Assembly: GCA_030704615.1 (NCBI GenBank)
Contig: CM060732.1
Coordinates: 45,942,001 to 46,006,000 of the forward strand
Direction: 5' to 3'
Source: Takakia lepidozioides
Taxonomy: Eukaryota > Plantae > Bryophyta
Length of the DNA stretch: 64,000 nucleotides
Part shown: in pieces, positions 1 to 13,629 of the stretch
Layout: each line of letters begins with the position of its first letter
How positions within the stretch are numbered: the stretch's first letter is position 1
The notes under the pieces: generated by a model
Seen by the model: the letters and a program-made list of their open reading frames with translations, nothing else
Databases searched by the model: none
Told to the model about the DNA's origin: nothing
Program-made: the position numbers and the translations under genes

Positions 1-470
1 ATGGCTCCACAAGCCTGCCCAATATGGCCTCCAAGGACCTCCTAGAGTCCTCCAAACAACCCTTAAGAAGCTCCACAAATCTGCCAAGTATTGGCCTCCA
101 AGGACCTCCAACAGTCCTCCAACAACCTGTAAGAAGCTCCTCAAATCTGCCAAGTATTGGCCTCCAAGGACCTCCAACAGTCCTCCAACAACCCTTAAGA
201 AGCTCCTCAAATCTGCCAAGTATTGGCCTCCAAGGACCTCCAATCGTCCTCCAACCAGCCCTCACAATGCTCCACAAGCCTGCAAAACATTGGCCTCAAA
301 GGACCCCAAATAGTCATTCAAACAGCCCCAAGCAGGCTCCACAAGCCTGCAAGATATTAGCTTCAATAGACCCCAAATAGTCCTCAAAGCAATAGCCCCA
401 ATAGACCTAGTATTGGCCCCAATACCCCAAATAGTCCTCAAACAAGCCCCCAGAAGGCTCCAAAAGTATC
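1..470. repeat. 66-bp tandem repeat (about 3 good copies plus degenerate flanking copies)
   Basis: Unit aagaagctcc(a/t)caaatctgccaagtattggcctccaaggacctccaacagtcctccaacaacc recurs at ~65, 131 and 197. The 22-aa periodicity of ORF 24..380 reflects it. Confidence 0.85.
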
Positions 471-483
471 CACAGTCAGTCGT

Positions 484-692
484 TTTTTCATCCGTCACTG
501 CCAAATCTCATCCAAAACCGCGATTTCTCATCCGCAGGTCCGATATTTCATCCACCACGATAGTTCATCCGTCGGTGCGATATTTCATCCGCTGGCAAAG
601 TTTCATCCGTCGCCGTGATTTTTCATCCGATGGCACGATAGTTCATCCGCTGCAACCGATTCTCATCCAGGAGAGCCGATTTTCATCCACTG
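484..692. repeat. Array of ~11 (T/C)TCATCC cores spaced ~17-21 bp
   Basis: ttcatccg/ctcatcc recurs regularly with variable intervening bases. Confidence 0.75.
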
Positions 693-3214
693 GCTCAATG
701 GTGGTGCTCCCAACTCTGGGACAATGTTCCCACGAGTTCCCAAGGAGTTCACACGCGTTCCCAAGCTAGGGTTTGCGCCGCTTTGCCTCTGCGATTGTTG
801 CAACGAGCTATGGCTTCTATGGAGCAACCAGAGGTGCTGTTCTTGGTTTCTTGAGCATCAATAGACCACCAAGAGTGCCTCTAACCCACTGAGCAAGCTA
901 TTTGCCACACAACAAGCTCTCTTTCTCTATAGAACTTATTGAAACAAACATAGAACAAGCTATTGAGCTTCCTATGACATACCCTCTTCTAGCCATCGCA
1001 TGCACTCATAGTGCTTCATTCTATGGCCATAGTGCACCTCTTAAAGCTCCTAATCCAGCCCTGCACTTGCCACTTCCATAGACATGCTCTTCCCAAGCTT
1101 GGGATTGAAACCCCAACTCAAAGCATGCTCTACAAATACATTATTCTGCCCCAAAGAGAAATCAGATGTCTACCTCCACTCATAGCTCTCCTAAGCTTGA
1201 AGTTGAAAGCTGAAACCATGCACCACACATGCACCGCTTGCTTCCTTAACACCCGAGCTCTTCTTGAACTCCTCAAACCCTGCAACACTTGCAAAACAAG
1301 AGCTTCTTTACAAGCTTCAAACTTTCCAATGGGGCTCTTCTTGAAGACCTCCTCTTGTACATAAACACCACAAGACTTTCTTCTTGCAAACCCTACAACA
1401 CCTTGTAACTTAAGAGTTATCTATCAAGCTCTCTTCCACACACAAGTGCTAACTATGCTAACACTTTGCACTCATAGATGTAAGCAGGTCTTTTTCTAGT
1501 GATACGGAAATAGTGAAAAGAGGAGAAACTACTCTATCACATTATATAAGTCAAGCCAATGGTACCTTTGCTAAAGAACTCCACCATACAGACCTCACCC
1601 ACTCTCCATCTCAAGTACTAGAGCTATAGTGAGGTTCGCCACCTCACTTGACACATGGAACCAAATAAAGTTCCAATGCTAACAAAATACAAATATAAAT
1701 GTATAATGTCCTAATTAGCTAGAAATAACTATTTCTAACTAATCACAAACAAAACCATGACAAATGTTAGGGTAGTAGCAAGCAATGGGTAGTGTGGTGG
1801 TTGGGCGCATTGAGTAGTACCTGGGTTGTGGGTTCAACTTCGGCTGTGCTAAATGTGCATTAATGATGGTTCCGGCTGGCGCTGCATGTGTATTAATGAC
1901 CTTTTTTTTATGGGCGAGTTTTTCCCCAAAAATTCCTAAGTCCCGCGGGTGGGTTGCCGCACGACGAGCAGACCATTCAGACCCGCGAGCAGACCCGACC
2001 TGCCAGCAAACCCTGAACAGACCCAACCTGCCAACAGAGCCAACCTGAGCAGACCCGGACCCACAGGGGGGATCCGCCGGGTGGTCGCGGGGCGCCCGAC
2101 ATCCATGCATGGGGCCCGTTGCTTGGTTACACGTGAGCCTTAAACTCCCAATTATTAAAAAATGAGAGGCATCAACACTCTTAATAAAAATCAAAACTAA
2201 CTACAGAGGAAAGTGCGGGAGGGAGAGCTTGAATCCCCGCCCTATGGCGCCCCAAATAACACTCTTAACCACTAGATTAATGCTTAACTCTTAAATGATG
2301 ACGCGACCCGAAACGGGTTGCGTCGTTTTTTCACTTAGTTGTACCTAGTCAGGATGGAATCTAATGGAGGTGGGCCCCAAATGAAAGTTATAGCTTACAT
2401 TGTCAACTATTGAATGCACTCAAGACCCTTCCATTTGGATTACTCAAGCGATCCCTAGGATTTTTGACATGTGTAAAAGTGTTGATTTTGTGTGTTGTGA
2501 GTGTGTTGCCTACATGACGTGGACCAATGATAGCCCAAGGCCGTGACAAATTTATTTCTAAAGCTTGTGGCTTGATAATCCATTCTATGTCACATCCCAT
2601 AATCCAAACTTGAAAATTTCAAGTGTGAATTGGTGCATTTTCTTTGTAACCCTACTTAGCATCTACTCACGGTTGAAATTTCAATTTCATGAAATTTGCT
2701 GCTCACTACATCCAAGAAAAAACCTTGTTCGTTTTGCCCACATGTAGCCCGAAGCAGTTCCATTCAAAGGGGGCATTAATGAAAACATGTCATTACAGGC
2801 TAAAATTTGGATACAATGTCCTCCACTTCGTAGGCAACAATTGGTAAAAAATTGGAGGTGAGCCCAGAATTGGAACATGAAGAAAATTGGTGGTCAAACC
2901 AAGTTTTTCCATGAATTTTTATACGAACCTACAAATTGGGGTCACTCCCACATTATGATATGCTCATTCCAACAGTGGAATGATCTGAATTTTTTTTACC
3001 ACTTATCTAATGTAGTTACTGACAACATTGTATGGTTCATCCATGTGGATGAACTTTGGTAGCAACATACATCCACTCGAATCAAGTCATGTTAGGTTTT
3101 TCTGAAAAATCACAAAAAAATAAAAAACGAGAGTTTTTTTTACGACTCTTGACACTAGTGTAGTATTTTAACTACTTATCCATGTGCTCAAGAACGCCAA
3201 CTATTCCTTGTTTC

Positions 3215-4140
3215 AGTACGAAACTGTCATTTTCAGAAATTGATATCTAGTGATCAAGGTCTCCGATCTTCCTCACATCAAATCATATAGATGGTATTAT
3301 CATAATTCTTTGATACCAAAAAGACTCATCATGAAATGCTTCCAAGCAGAATAAACTAGGTCAGATCGTGTTTGCACAAAATCTCAGCATTACAATGTCG
3401 CTTTTGCGTATAAAATGTCTCATGCAAATACAATATATGGCTTTGCAGCCCAAGTTAGTTTCACGTTATGCTCTCTACAATACCTTCGTGGTATTCTGTC
3501 AATCTGTTATCTTGAATGAATCTCCGTTGTTCACTAAATAATGTCTTATTACTAAATCAAAGACAATCATCCCACTATTCCATAAACCAGTGGAAAATTG
3601 TCACTTTCAAAAATTTATAATTGTCGGTCAGAGTATCCATTTTCACCAACTCTAGATTCAGTAGACATTATCATCATAATCCTTCAGAGCAAAGAAGACT
3701 CCTAATGAAAAGCTCTCATGCAAAATAAACTAAATCAGATCGTGTTTTGCACAAAAGTTCCAGCCTTACAAATGTCATTTTTTGCTTAAAAGAACTTGGC
3801 AAAATACAGTTGATGGCCTTCAGCCCATGTTAGTTCATGATTTGCCTGTTAAGGGACCTCCATCCTTAGTACTTGACCTCTCCCCTACCTCTCGGTCTTT
3901 TTTGGTCAGCCCGCCTTCACATCTCTCTCTTTCTCTTGTCATTCAATTTACAGATTTGCTATACGGCCTTTCCAACTTTCTAACTAATGTTTGCTACAAC
4001 ATTAAACTGTCATTTTCAATATTTAACCGACAATCAGCACTACTGTTATCTTCAACTCAAGATATTCTAGGCTTAGTTATCGTAATCATTTGATAAAATG
4101 AAGACCCTCCATCAAAATCTCTCAAACATAATAAATTATA
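3215..4140. repeat. Degenerate ~380-400 bp tandem repeat (about 2.5 copies)
   Basis: aaactgtcattttca...aagact...aataaacta(gg/aa)tcagatcgtgttt..gcacaaaa seen at ~3220-3400, ~3595-3780 and partially at ~4003-4135. Confidence 0.6.
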
Positions 4141-4439
4141 ACATATCATACACGAAAACAAAGTCCAAAACCTGTTTGGACAGCGTTAATGGTGTTGAGG
4201 GTGAGGGTGGTCGTATTTGATGATGCCTAAGAAGTGACAAACCTTGTTGCAATGGCCATCTACATGTCATTGGACCTTAAGTCTTACATTGACATGAAAT
4301 GAGTGATGAAAAAACGGGATGCATGATATTCTAGCTTTATATACCTTGGATATGCGCCGAATTACATTGCAGATTGTAGAACCTTGGGCAGTTTGGGCAA
4401 AGACCGTGACATAGACAAGATAAGATATGTCGTCATTCT

Positions 4440-7400
4440 TAGGGTTGCACAAATAAACGTGACATGATACTGACACATCAGCGTCACATCCAGACATACG
4501 TCGTCTCACGGTCAAAATGAGCGTTATCAACTTATCGCTTATAAATTTATTTTTATGTTTAATTATTATTGATAAATATTCTAGATATCGAGGTAACAGC
4601 CCAAGTGGACCGTGGACTCCACGTGTGGATCTAACTAGCACTAAACGCATTTCAATTATTTACATTATATTTATTAAAAAAATATTAAATTAAATTCGAC
4701 AGTCGAGTTTTGACGGTCGTTTAAATTTTATATTTTTTTAATTAACTACGACCACCGAAATTTGATAGTTGCAACTATTACAATTTTCTTAATTATATAC
4801 GACCGCCAAATATTGGTGGTCCTTGAATATTCAATATTTTTGCAAACGAACCTTCGATGGAACAACATGTTTTTGTCGGCTGTGTATTATGACTTGTTAA
4901 TAAAAGCGATGAAGGCCTGAATCAAACTATGTGATGCCACTAAAAGAAACCCTCGAAATGTAGGTCAGCTACACCTCGCCTTCGCAGCCACATGGCCCAT
5001 CGGGGCATCATCTGCACAAACAATTATGCAGATCATTGCGACTGGAACAAGCACCCTCCGCTAGCATAGTGCAACACCGCTTCCTCTATCCACTGCATTA
5101 CCGAAATTTTACATGGACGGGGACGTGAACTAGAAACATGTCAAGGAAGCTTCCAAGCCGTCCACGCTCCACTTCCGTTGATCATTTCTAAAATCTTCAT
5201 CGCACAGGATCGGATACGATGTAACTCATATAGTACATGAGCCTTAGACTTGTGGGTATATCGAAGGACTCATGAGAATATAGAATGTTAGCCTCGATTC
5301 ACTTTTGGAATACATTGTCACATGCATTCGCTAGCTAGAAACGCTCTTACTCCGCAGGGAGTAGTTAGGCTCCAACATTCACTGACATCAGTGTGTGTCT
5401 CTCATGGCGCTTATGAGGGTTTTAATTTTTTTTCCTCTAAATAATTTATAATAAAATCCCCCAATGCTACTACCCATTTTATAATACATATATATATTTG
5501 ATAAACTGTAAAATTTCGTTTTTTAACTTTTAAAAAATTGATGCAAACGTCAGTTTATCAGTCACATATATTTTTTTTTATTTTTAATAGGTACGAACGC
5601 CAATTATGACGGTCGCATTTTTTTTTTTATTTTCTTAATATGTACAACCACCATAAGTGGCAGTCATATGTAATTTTTTATTTTGTAAATATGTGCAATA
5701 GTCCATTATAGCGGTCGCATATATTTTTTATTTTCCTAATATGTGCGAGCGTCATATTTGATGGGCACATAACCTAATATGGCCCACGCCTAAAAAGAGG
5801 CAGTAATCGCAAGGTGAAATGACACTTAGTTACGCGGGCTCTGGCCGACATCTTCTCTTTATCTGATGGGCGCATAAAGTTTTGGAAAACAATTACTTTT
5901 TTTTTTTCAAAAAATGTTTCGATTGCCAAGGCAGCGATCTCATGTAATTTTTTTCATAGGTGCAACCGTCATAATAAACAGTCACACCAGAATAGGAAAA
6001 AAAAAAAAAAAAACCAAAAAATTATTTTTAAAATTTTAAAAATAGAAGCTCTGCTGCATGTTATCTTTTTATTTTTTTAATAGTTGCAACAGCCATAATT
6101 AGTGATCGCACAAATTCTCAGCAAAAATAAATAATAATAATAAAATGCGGCCACCAGGGCTGGCGGTCGCATGTAATTGACGTAATTGACGTAATTGACC
6201 GCCATAATTGACGATCACAGTTAATGTAAAGTTTTTTTAAATAGCTAAAAATAATTGTTGCGACCCTGAAATTCAATTACTTATTTTTTTCCAAAAAATA
6301 TAAATGACCGTCCAAATTCGATGGTCGCATTTAGTTAAAAAACAAACAAACAAACAAAAGTGATTTTGTGAGCTGAAGATCTCTATGTATTCCTGTATAT
6401 TTTTGTGAGCAGACATAGTTCACACATATATAAGTTATTTAACTTGGTTCTAAAATCCTATCTTTTCACGGGATGGAGGTATATTGTCTGCTTATCTCGT
6501 CCTCTGTAATGATGATTGGGTTGGTAGAATACCCTCTACAAGCACATTTTCGTCGTTTCTAGCTGGCTACGAATAAGCTCAATTTAACTTGGCTTAAGGA
6601 ATGACTGAATAAAGAATGCATGGATAGTACGGGTGACTTACATCATTGACGTCGAAGAGGCTGATGAGGAAATTGTAACTCAACGTTGAGGTGTCACGAG
6701 GGCGGCAACGATCGGTTGTAGATGGTTGCGTCGTCTCTGCAATACGACATGAAAAAAAAGACACTGCATCTTCTTCGGATTGAATAGATGTAGCTAGTGT
6801 AACTGGAGCTGTCAAAATTAGTAACTCGCGCCCAAAGATCGCATGAATATAGTCTTCAATCTGTTGAGAACAAAGCATACGCACATGATCGGCAATCATA
6901 CATGGATGAGTCACCAATGGTGTACATAACCAACCCTTTGTCACTTGCACATAAGATATAAGCCAAAGTTAGTATAAAGCGTAAAAAAAAAATGTAAGAT
7001 CACGTATATATAGTACTAAGCATGGCCAATTACCAAGAAGAGCAAGTCAATAGAATATAATATAAAAAAATATTAGAATTGCACTTACATGATGACGTGC
7101 TTAGGAAGTGTGATAAAATAAGCCACCGATGTTGGAAATGAAATCAGTATCTCCGTACATCTTGGCTACAGCTCGGTCCACTTCCAACTATGGAAACCCA
7201 GCTAGGTAGAATATGAGACCTGGAAAATCCACCCATGGAGTTTCAATTAGCAAAGAAAATTTCTAGAATTTCTTTGGAGACCTCAACAACCATCACCTTA
7301 TCCACGCCATCAATCTGGAGAAGATAGAGAAGATATTTGTAATGGGAGATGGGAGTTTATTTTGCAAGGAGAGACACACAAACAGATATGAAGTGAGTGA

Positions 7401-10400
7401 GACTTACATCAAGCATTACGGCGATAAACGCCATATCAACAAGCACATGATGAAGTTTGATCTTTCAGTAATGCACCCACATAGGGGCATGCCTTCGAAA
7501 TATGCTAACGAGTAAGAACGCAAGGATACAATCTAGCAAGCAAGACATAGAAGACTCGCCGAGGATGGAGAATGGGAGAGGATCAGCAAGCAGAAAGTCA
7601 GAAAAAAAACCCTCCAAGGAGCAAATTCGAGCCTTGGGGAAGCTGTTGGAGGACCTTGCTAGCCGTGAGGAGTTACTCAAACTGAGGAAGAGGAGGATAA
7701 TGATGAGGTGGATGTATGGTGGAAAATTATTGGGCTAAAGATAGTCAGTAAGATAAAGGTAAAATCACGAAAATATAGAAAAGACAACGAACTGTGACCT
7801 ACGCCGATGGAACGGAAAGAGTAGAAAATTTCTCAAAAAGCAAGTAGAGACTACTTCTAGACTCGGAGTAGCACGTCTACAGCTCTTTTTTCACCTCTTC
7901 TCTGGACAAAGTATGCGGTACAAGTGGGTGCTATGTTCTTTAGTTGATGCTAGTATCTATCTTAGCATTGCAATTGTATCCCTCATTTTGGAAAATGCTC
8001 TCATTGACATGCATGTCAAATATGGAAGCATGAAGGATCCAAAAAATAAATAAACCACTAGAATTCGGTGGTGATAATGTTTTTAATATTTTTTTAAAAA
8101 AAATATTTTTAAATTTAAATTTAATAAAATTTCTTATTCAAACAAGTCCACTGGAAATTGATAAAATGTACAGCCTTGTCAATTTCATTCACCATGACAA
8201 GAGACAAAGTCACAAATTTGTAATCATCAACCTCATTAATTGTATGAGTCTTTTGGATAGAGGTTGTGACATATTCAAACCACTCATTAGCTTCTTCCCC
8301 CAAATCCTCGAAACTCTTCAAAGATGTTTCAAGATATTTTATTAAGACCTCACACTAATATTAGTAAAATTGAAGATTATAGGAGTTAAACTTTAATCGG
8401 CCTACCTTCTCTGAACTTCCACACCATAGAATTGATTATACTTCACAACCTTGAATTTGACAAAACCTACTAAGAAAGTGTTATATCTTATTCTTGTAAC
8501 ATTATACTCATGACATATTTGATAAGACAACGTTAAAATTCTATCGGGACCATACGATAATGGTACCACTCATCAGACAGTTGGTGCGACCTCCAAAATT
8601 CGGCGGTCGCACCTGTTTTGTTTAAACAAAATTGGTACCAATTGCCATAATTTAGCGGTCGCAGTTTTTTGTTTTTATTTTTTATTTTGAAAAACAAATT
8701 TTAATTTTTAAATAAACCAATTACTGCAATAACATATCTTTGTAATTATTTTTATTTTTTAATTATCTAACACATATTTATTGATCGTATAAAGGTCGTA
8801 TTTAAAAAAAAACATTACATGTAATCACCAATTCGCACATTTTTATTTATTTTTATATTGCATACAAAATGCCAATTTCTGACGTTTGTATGTATTTATT
8901 ATTTCTAAAATACAGTCGATCGTCAATTTTTCTGGCGGTCACCGTTTGTGCGTCACCATGTTTGTCAGGGCACAACGTGGCTGCTATAGTGATAATATAT
9001 AATATATCCCTAAAACTAATGTGACACAGGTCGCGCCAGCGTCTGGTCAGACGCGACCTGATGTGATGTGACCGATGTGACCGATGTGACATATGCAACC
9101 CTGGTTTTAATTTGTTGATATATCAGTTATTGGTTGGTTTCAGAGCTAAATTCACACAAAAAAAATTATTGAAGGTTTTTATTTGCTTTCAGCATGTGTA
9201 AATATCAGGAAAAAAATTCATGTGTTTTGAAAAGATATTTTTGAAATATGAATAGCGCCTTTACGATCTTTATGGTGGTTATTTTTTCCACCAACTCTTC
9301 ATGTATTTTGTGGACCTTTAATGTCCATTTTCTATAAAATTTCAGAGGCCACCGTCTTCTATTAAGGAAAAACAAATTTCGGTAATTATTTTTTTTATCA
9401 AAAATAAATAGTAACGGTAATTTCAAAATATTATATTTAAAAGAAATCCAATTACAAAATAAATCTATTTGATTTATGGTTTTCACTCGAAACAACAAAA
9501 ATTATTTTATTTGCATGAGTTGACAAAATTCATCCAAAATGTTTATTTTACATAAGATCTTTAAGACATGAAAGAAGTATAGATTATAGGTGAAAGTGTT
9601 GATTCTGAATTATGTAAGTCATACAAGACTAAATATCATTCAGTGAAGGGAAATAAACCACATTAGTTTACTGTAGATCATCTAAATTATTTGTTTGTAG
9701 AGGTTTTTGGCCTCAAATATGAGCTCTCGTAGAAAATGATAAATATCCATGTGACCAAAGAGGATAAAGTTTGTGCTTTGGGCATAGAGACAATCGATAC
9801 AATCGTGCCTCAAGGTTTGTTTTTCTTTTGTCAGGGTTTTTTTGTTAGTATAATTTATATTTTTTAAAATTTACAACTTATTTTCCTTAACACGTCTTTT
9901 TTCTTTTTGATATGCAGATGTGCGAGATCGAATGCAATAATTAGTATCTTAAAACTTGCATGGATCCCAATTGTGAAAAAATGGTTTTTTAAATTGGATG
10001 GGGTATGAGACCTTAGCATCCTCAAACTTCATGATATTGAGATGGTCAGATGCATCATTCAACAACACTTTGAACAAAACATTATTTTCAGATTTCTCTC
10101 AGATATTCCAGATTTCGGTAACAAACGTGATAAGAAGAATATTCAGATTAGTTTGCAAACATTCTTTTATGTCTTTTTTTTCTGTCGGGCGAGTGTTGCT
10201 TCTAGCAATTTTTTAGCTCATGACCTACTTTATGTATCATTTTTCTTTCAGGAAATTCGAAATAACAACCATGAATAATGCTGACCCTTGATTCATATTC
10301 GGTACTGTCATAGGCTAGAATGACATCTAAATCTGATTATTTTGAGGTGGAAATTTTTGACTATGACAACAATGTGAACTAACAAAAGTGGTCTTGTCCA

Positions 10401-12113
10401 ACATCGACTTTAAGATGAGTAATTTTTTATTTTTTATTTTTTTTATTTTTTTTATACGACCCAATTTATCCAACAGTAAAGGTAATAACCCAAGTGTATT
10501 GCACACATGATTCTTATTGTTTTGATTTTTGTAATTTTTTTAAATTTATTTTCAAGTTCAGACGATGGTGTTTATTTTTATTTTCTGGGTTCGGGCAACA
10601 ACGCAACCAAACGACAAATGAACAATCGTCGGTGACGGTGGCTATATGTTTATTATAATTATTAAATCTATTATAAGGTTCTCTTTTTTCTTTTTCTTGA
10701 TTGTGTTTTGGATGCGGGCGATAGCAATGGTCGGACAATAGATAGGCGATGGTGGCTATGAAGTTTTTTTGTTCAGTTATTTTTGTTTTTGGATTCGGGT
10801 GATGGCGATAGTTGGGCGACCGTCCGGCGATGGTGGCTATGTGATTTTGTTTTTAATTTACTTTTCTGTGTTCAAACAATCCCTATGCGACGATCATCCA
10901 ATTTTGTTAGTAGAAAATATAAATAGAATACTTGCGTGTAATTTTGTGTGTAATTCAAAAACTAAGAGTGACGCAACCTATATCATGTCTATTTTTTAAT
11001 AATACAAATAAATGTATATGAGGGGTAAAGAAAACGCCACATCAGAAGCCACATCACGTTGACTAACGTTGGTATAATACTAGCGACACTACAATCATTA
11101 AAAATTAAAAATATAATTACTACTGTCACATATTGAGAGTGGCATCTAATTTAAAATTTAAAAAATAAGTGTGACCGCCATTATTGGCAGTCGCACATAA
11201 TTTCTTTTTAAAACTACGTACGATCACTAAAATCTGGCAATCGTGGGAACATTTTTATTTTAAAATATATGTGATCGCCAAGGCTCAAAATCCATCGATC
11301 ATAGGATATTTTATTTTATTTTCCTTCCAAAATACGTGCAACTGCCAAAATTCGATGATTGCATGTAATTTGTTTTGATAAAAGTACATACGACCACTCA
11401 AATTCGGCGCTCGCATATAAATTGTTTCTAAAAAAATAAGTGCAACCGTCAAAATTCAGCAGTTATCTGTAATTTAGTTTTTGAGAAATTAGTGGAACTG
11501 CCAATTTTGGAAGTCGTCCCATAGTTTTTTTTTTTTTTTAAACATGCGATAGCCAATCTAGGAGATCGCACCAAGTTTTGAAAAAAAAAAAAAAAAAAAA
11601 ATCTGCGATCGCCAACTCTGGCTGTTGCTTCTATTTTGATCTAAGAAAATTTGGTGTCACCGCCAGAACTTGGTGGTCGCATCTAATTTAGAAAAGAATA
11701 ATTAGAAGCTACTATTGAATTATGTTGATTGCTGCTAATTTTGCTAAAATTCAGCAGTCGTAGCGAAGTATAAGAAAAAAACAAAAAAACGTGACTGTCA
11801 ATATTTGACGGTCGCATGTACAAAAAAAAAAACAAATAGTTGTGAACGCCAAACGTATTTAAAATTTTAAAAATTATTTGTGACTGCCAATATTTGGTGG
11901 TCGCATGGTATTTAATTAAATTCGTAATGTAAAACTAATTTGTGTAGTCCACTTGGGCTGCCACCTTGTCATTTGGAGTAAAAATAAACTAGTAAATAAA
12001 ACAATTACGTAAATTAACGTCTGTTTTGGACGTGAAGCGACGCACGTCTAGATGTGACATCCGACGTGACGTTGATGTGTAAGCGTCACGTCACGTCCAT
12101 ATGTGCAACTAGG
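4440..12113. mobile_element. Degenerate/nested DNA transposon with ~170-bp terminal inverted repeats and palindromic subterminal repeat arrays (superfamily unassigned)
   Basis: Left end tagggttgcacaaataaacgtgacatga...cagcccaagtggac (4440-4612) is the inverted match of gtccacttgggctg...gtcacgtccatatgtgcaactagg (11946-12113). A second right-type end catatgcaaccctg lies at ~9090-9103. Many gcgaccgcca-aatt-tggcggtcgc palindromes. No intact transposase and no TSD seen. Confidence 0.7.
7982..8040 (+). pseudogene. Isolated PPR S-motif fragment
   Basis: Translates LILENALIDMHVKYGSMKD, closely matching IILETALIDMYAKCGSMKD of the PPR pseudogene at ~23050. Confidence 0.65.
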
Positions 12114-12493
12114 TCGATTAAAACCAAAAGATATCATGGTTAGATGATAGATTTGATCCTTACACATGCTAGATATAATGATCACATAATGGATTCATTA
12201 AATAAATTAAAAAATAATAATGACATATCTGGCTCTGTAAATGTTTATTTTTTTACAATTGAATTTTAAAAACTTTGGATTGCTATGTATAGAATAATGC
12301 AAGACTCTGAAACATTTGTTGACAAATTCATTATAACTTGCGACATTATTCTTTTACAAAGATTTACATGAAGCACATTGAATTCATCATCATAGATGTA
12401 CTTGTCCTTAACATAATCAACCTATATGTCATTTCCAATATCCATTGCCACCAATGAAACAAACTAAGAGTCTAATACCGCTACCCGAATCTG

Positions 12494-12858
12494 CCGTAAA
12501 GGCCGCTTTATTTCGACGGACCCATGCCGGAATCATTAAATACATGTAGGTCGCCAGGTTTGGCAGGCTTAATGACAATATTAATTTTTTCAACTAAACG
12601 TTATCCAATTTTTTTGGAATTCGGCAACCCTGGGTACTTTTTATTAAATTTCATTAGTTAGTTAATAAGTAGTTAGTACTAGCATTCACTACTGAAATGT
12701 TTTTGCAATCGGAATTGCCACATTTTTTTTTCCATAGTTCACTTTTTAAAATGAAAATTTTTATTCCCCTCTTTCATCTACTCCAAAGGCAAAATTTTAA
12801 AATATTCATCATCTCTTAAACTGAATTAATGAAAGTCGGTATAGAACGACCTCTACAG
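12494..12858. mobile_element. MITE (Tc1/mariner-like), copy 1
   Basis: TIRs ccgtaaaggccgctttatttcga / tcggtatagaacgacctctacag followed by TA. Body is homologous to 41508-41896. Confidence 0.7.
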
Positions 12859-13629
12859 TATTAATAACCAAATTTGATAAAGATTGCAGATTCATGTGTT
12901 TTTAACAAACTTAATGAAATGGTTCTTGGAAAACCTATTCAATTAAAAAAATCAGAAGAAATCATCATGACATGATTTTGTTTTAGCAAATGAATCAAAT
13001 ATTGAGTGCACTTCAACCAAACTTACATATGTAGCACCAAATGATACTACAACTCTTTCCAATGACATGAATTAGACAATAAAGCTAAAACTTGCAAAAG
13101 TAATAAATATTGATATTTTGATCAACAATCAATAACCAATTATAAATTACATGGGCATCGAACAATTTAATATATCATCAGAATGTAAAATTCAACCCAT
13201 TGAAACAAGAATACGCAATAATATGTCAAATCTGAAAGATCAATTTTTTCATACATATTATAATAAATATTTATCAATTAAATCCGGAACAATAACAAAG
13301 AAAACAGGGGACAGAGGCCCAGGGAAGTTTATTTAGAATTATTTTGGGGAAAAAAATAAAACCCTTGATTACACCATGAGGCACACTCACCGTAGTAAGT
13401 GAAATAGAACAAGACCTCTAAAATGGACTCTATAACCAAACAACACTGGGAAGTGTAAATAGCCAGACCTCTAAAGGGTTGAAAAGAGCCTAACAACACT
13501 TGAGGTGTAGTTAACCAAGACTCCCAAAAAGCGGTTTTTTATAGCATAGTGAACACCGAAATGTGTGAATAACCTTGATCGTGACCTTGGGAACATTAAG
13601 GAGCTGCTTCGCTAAGAGAACACAGAAAT

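Noticed and set aside
24-380. 118-aa ORF with 22-aa repeats
   Set aside because: Explained by the 66-bp tandem DNA repeat; no domain or gene context.
760-1660. Possible gag/PBS remnant on the minus strand (gtcaagtgaggtggcgaacct)
   Set aside because: No recognisable protein motif or LTR pair; too degenerate to call.
2205-2290. tRNA-like sequence on the minus strand
   Set aside because: A/B boxes are degenerate and there is no cloverleaf; at most an old SINE.
4680-11915. CRISPR-like repeat-spacer appearance
   Set aside because: Eukaryotic context, degenerate repeats, low-complexity A/T spacers and no cas genes.
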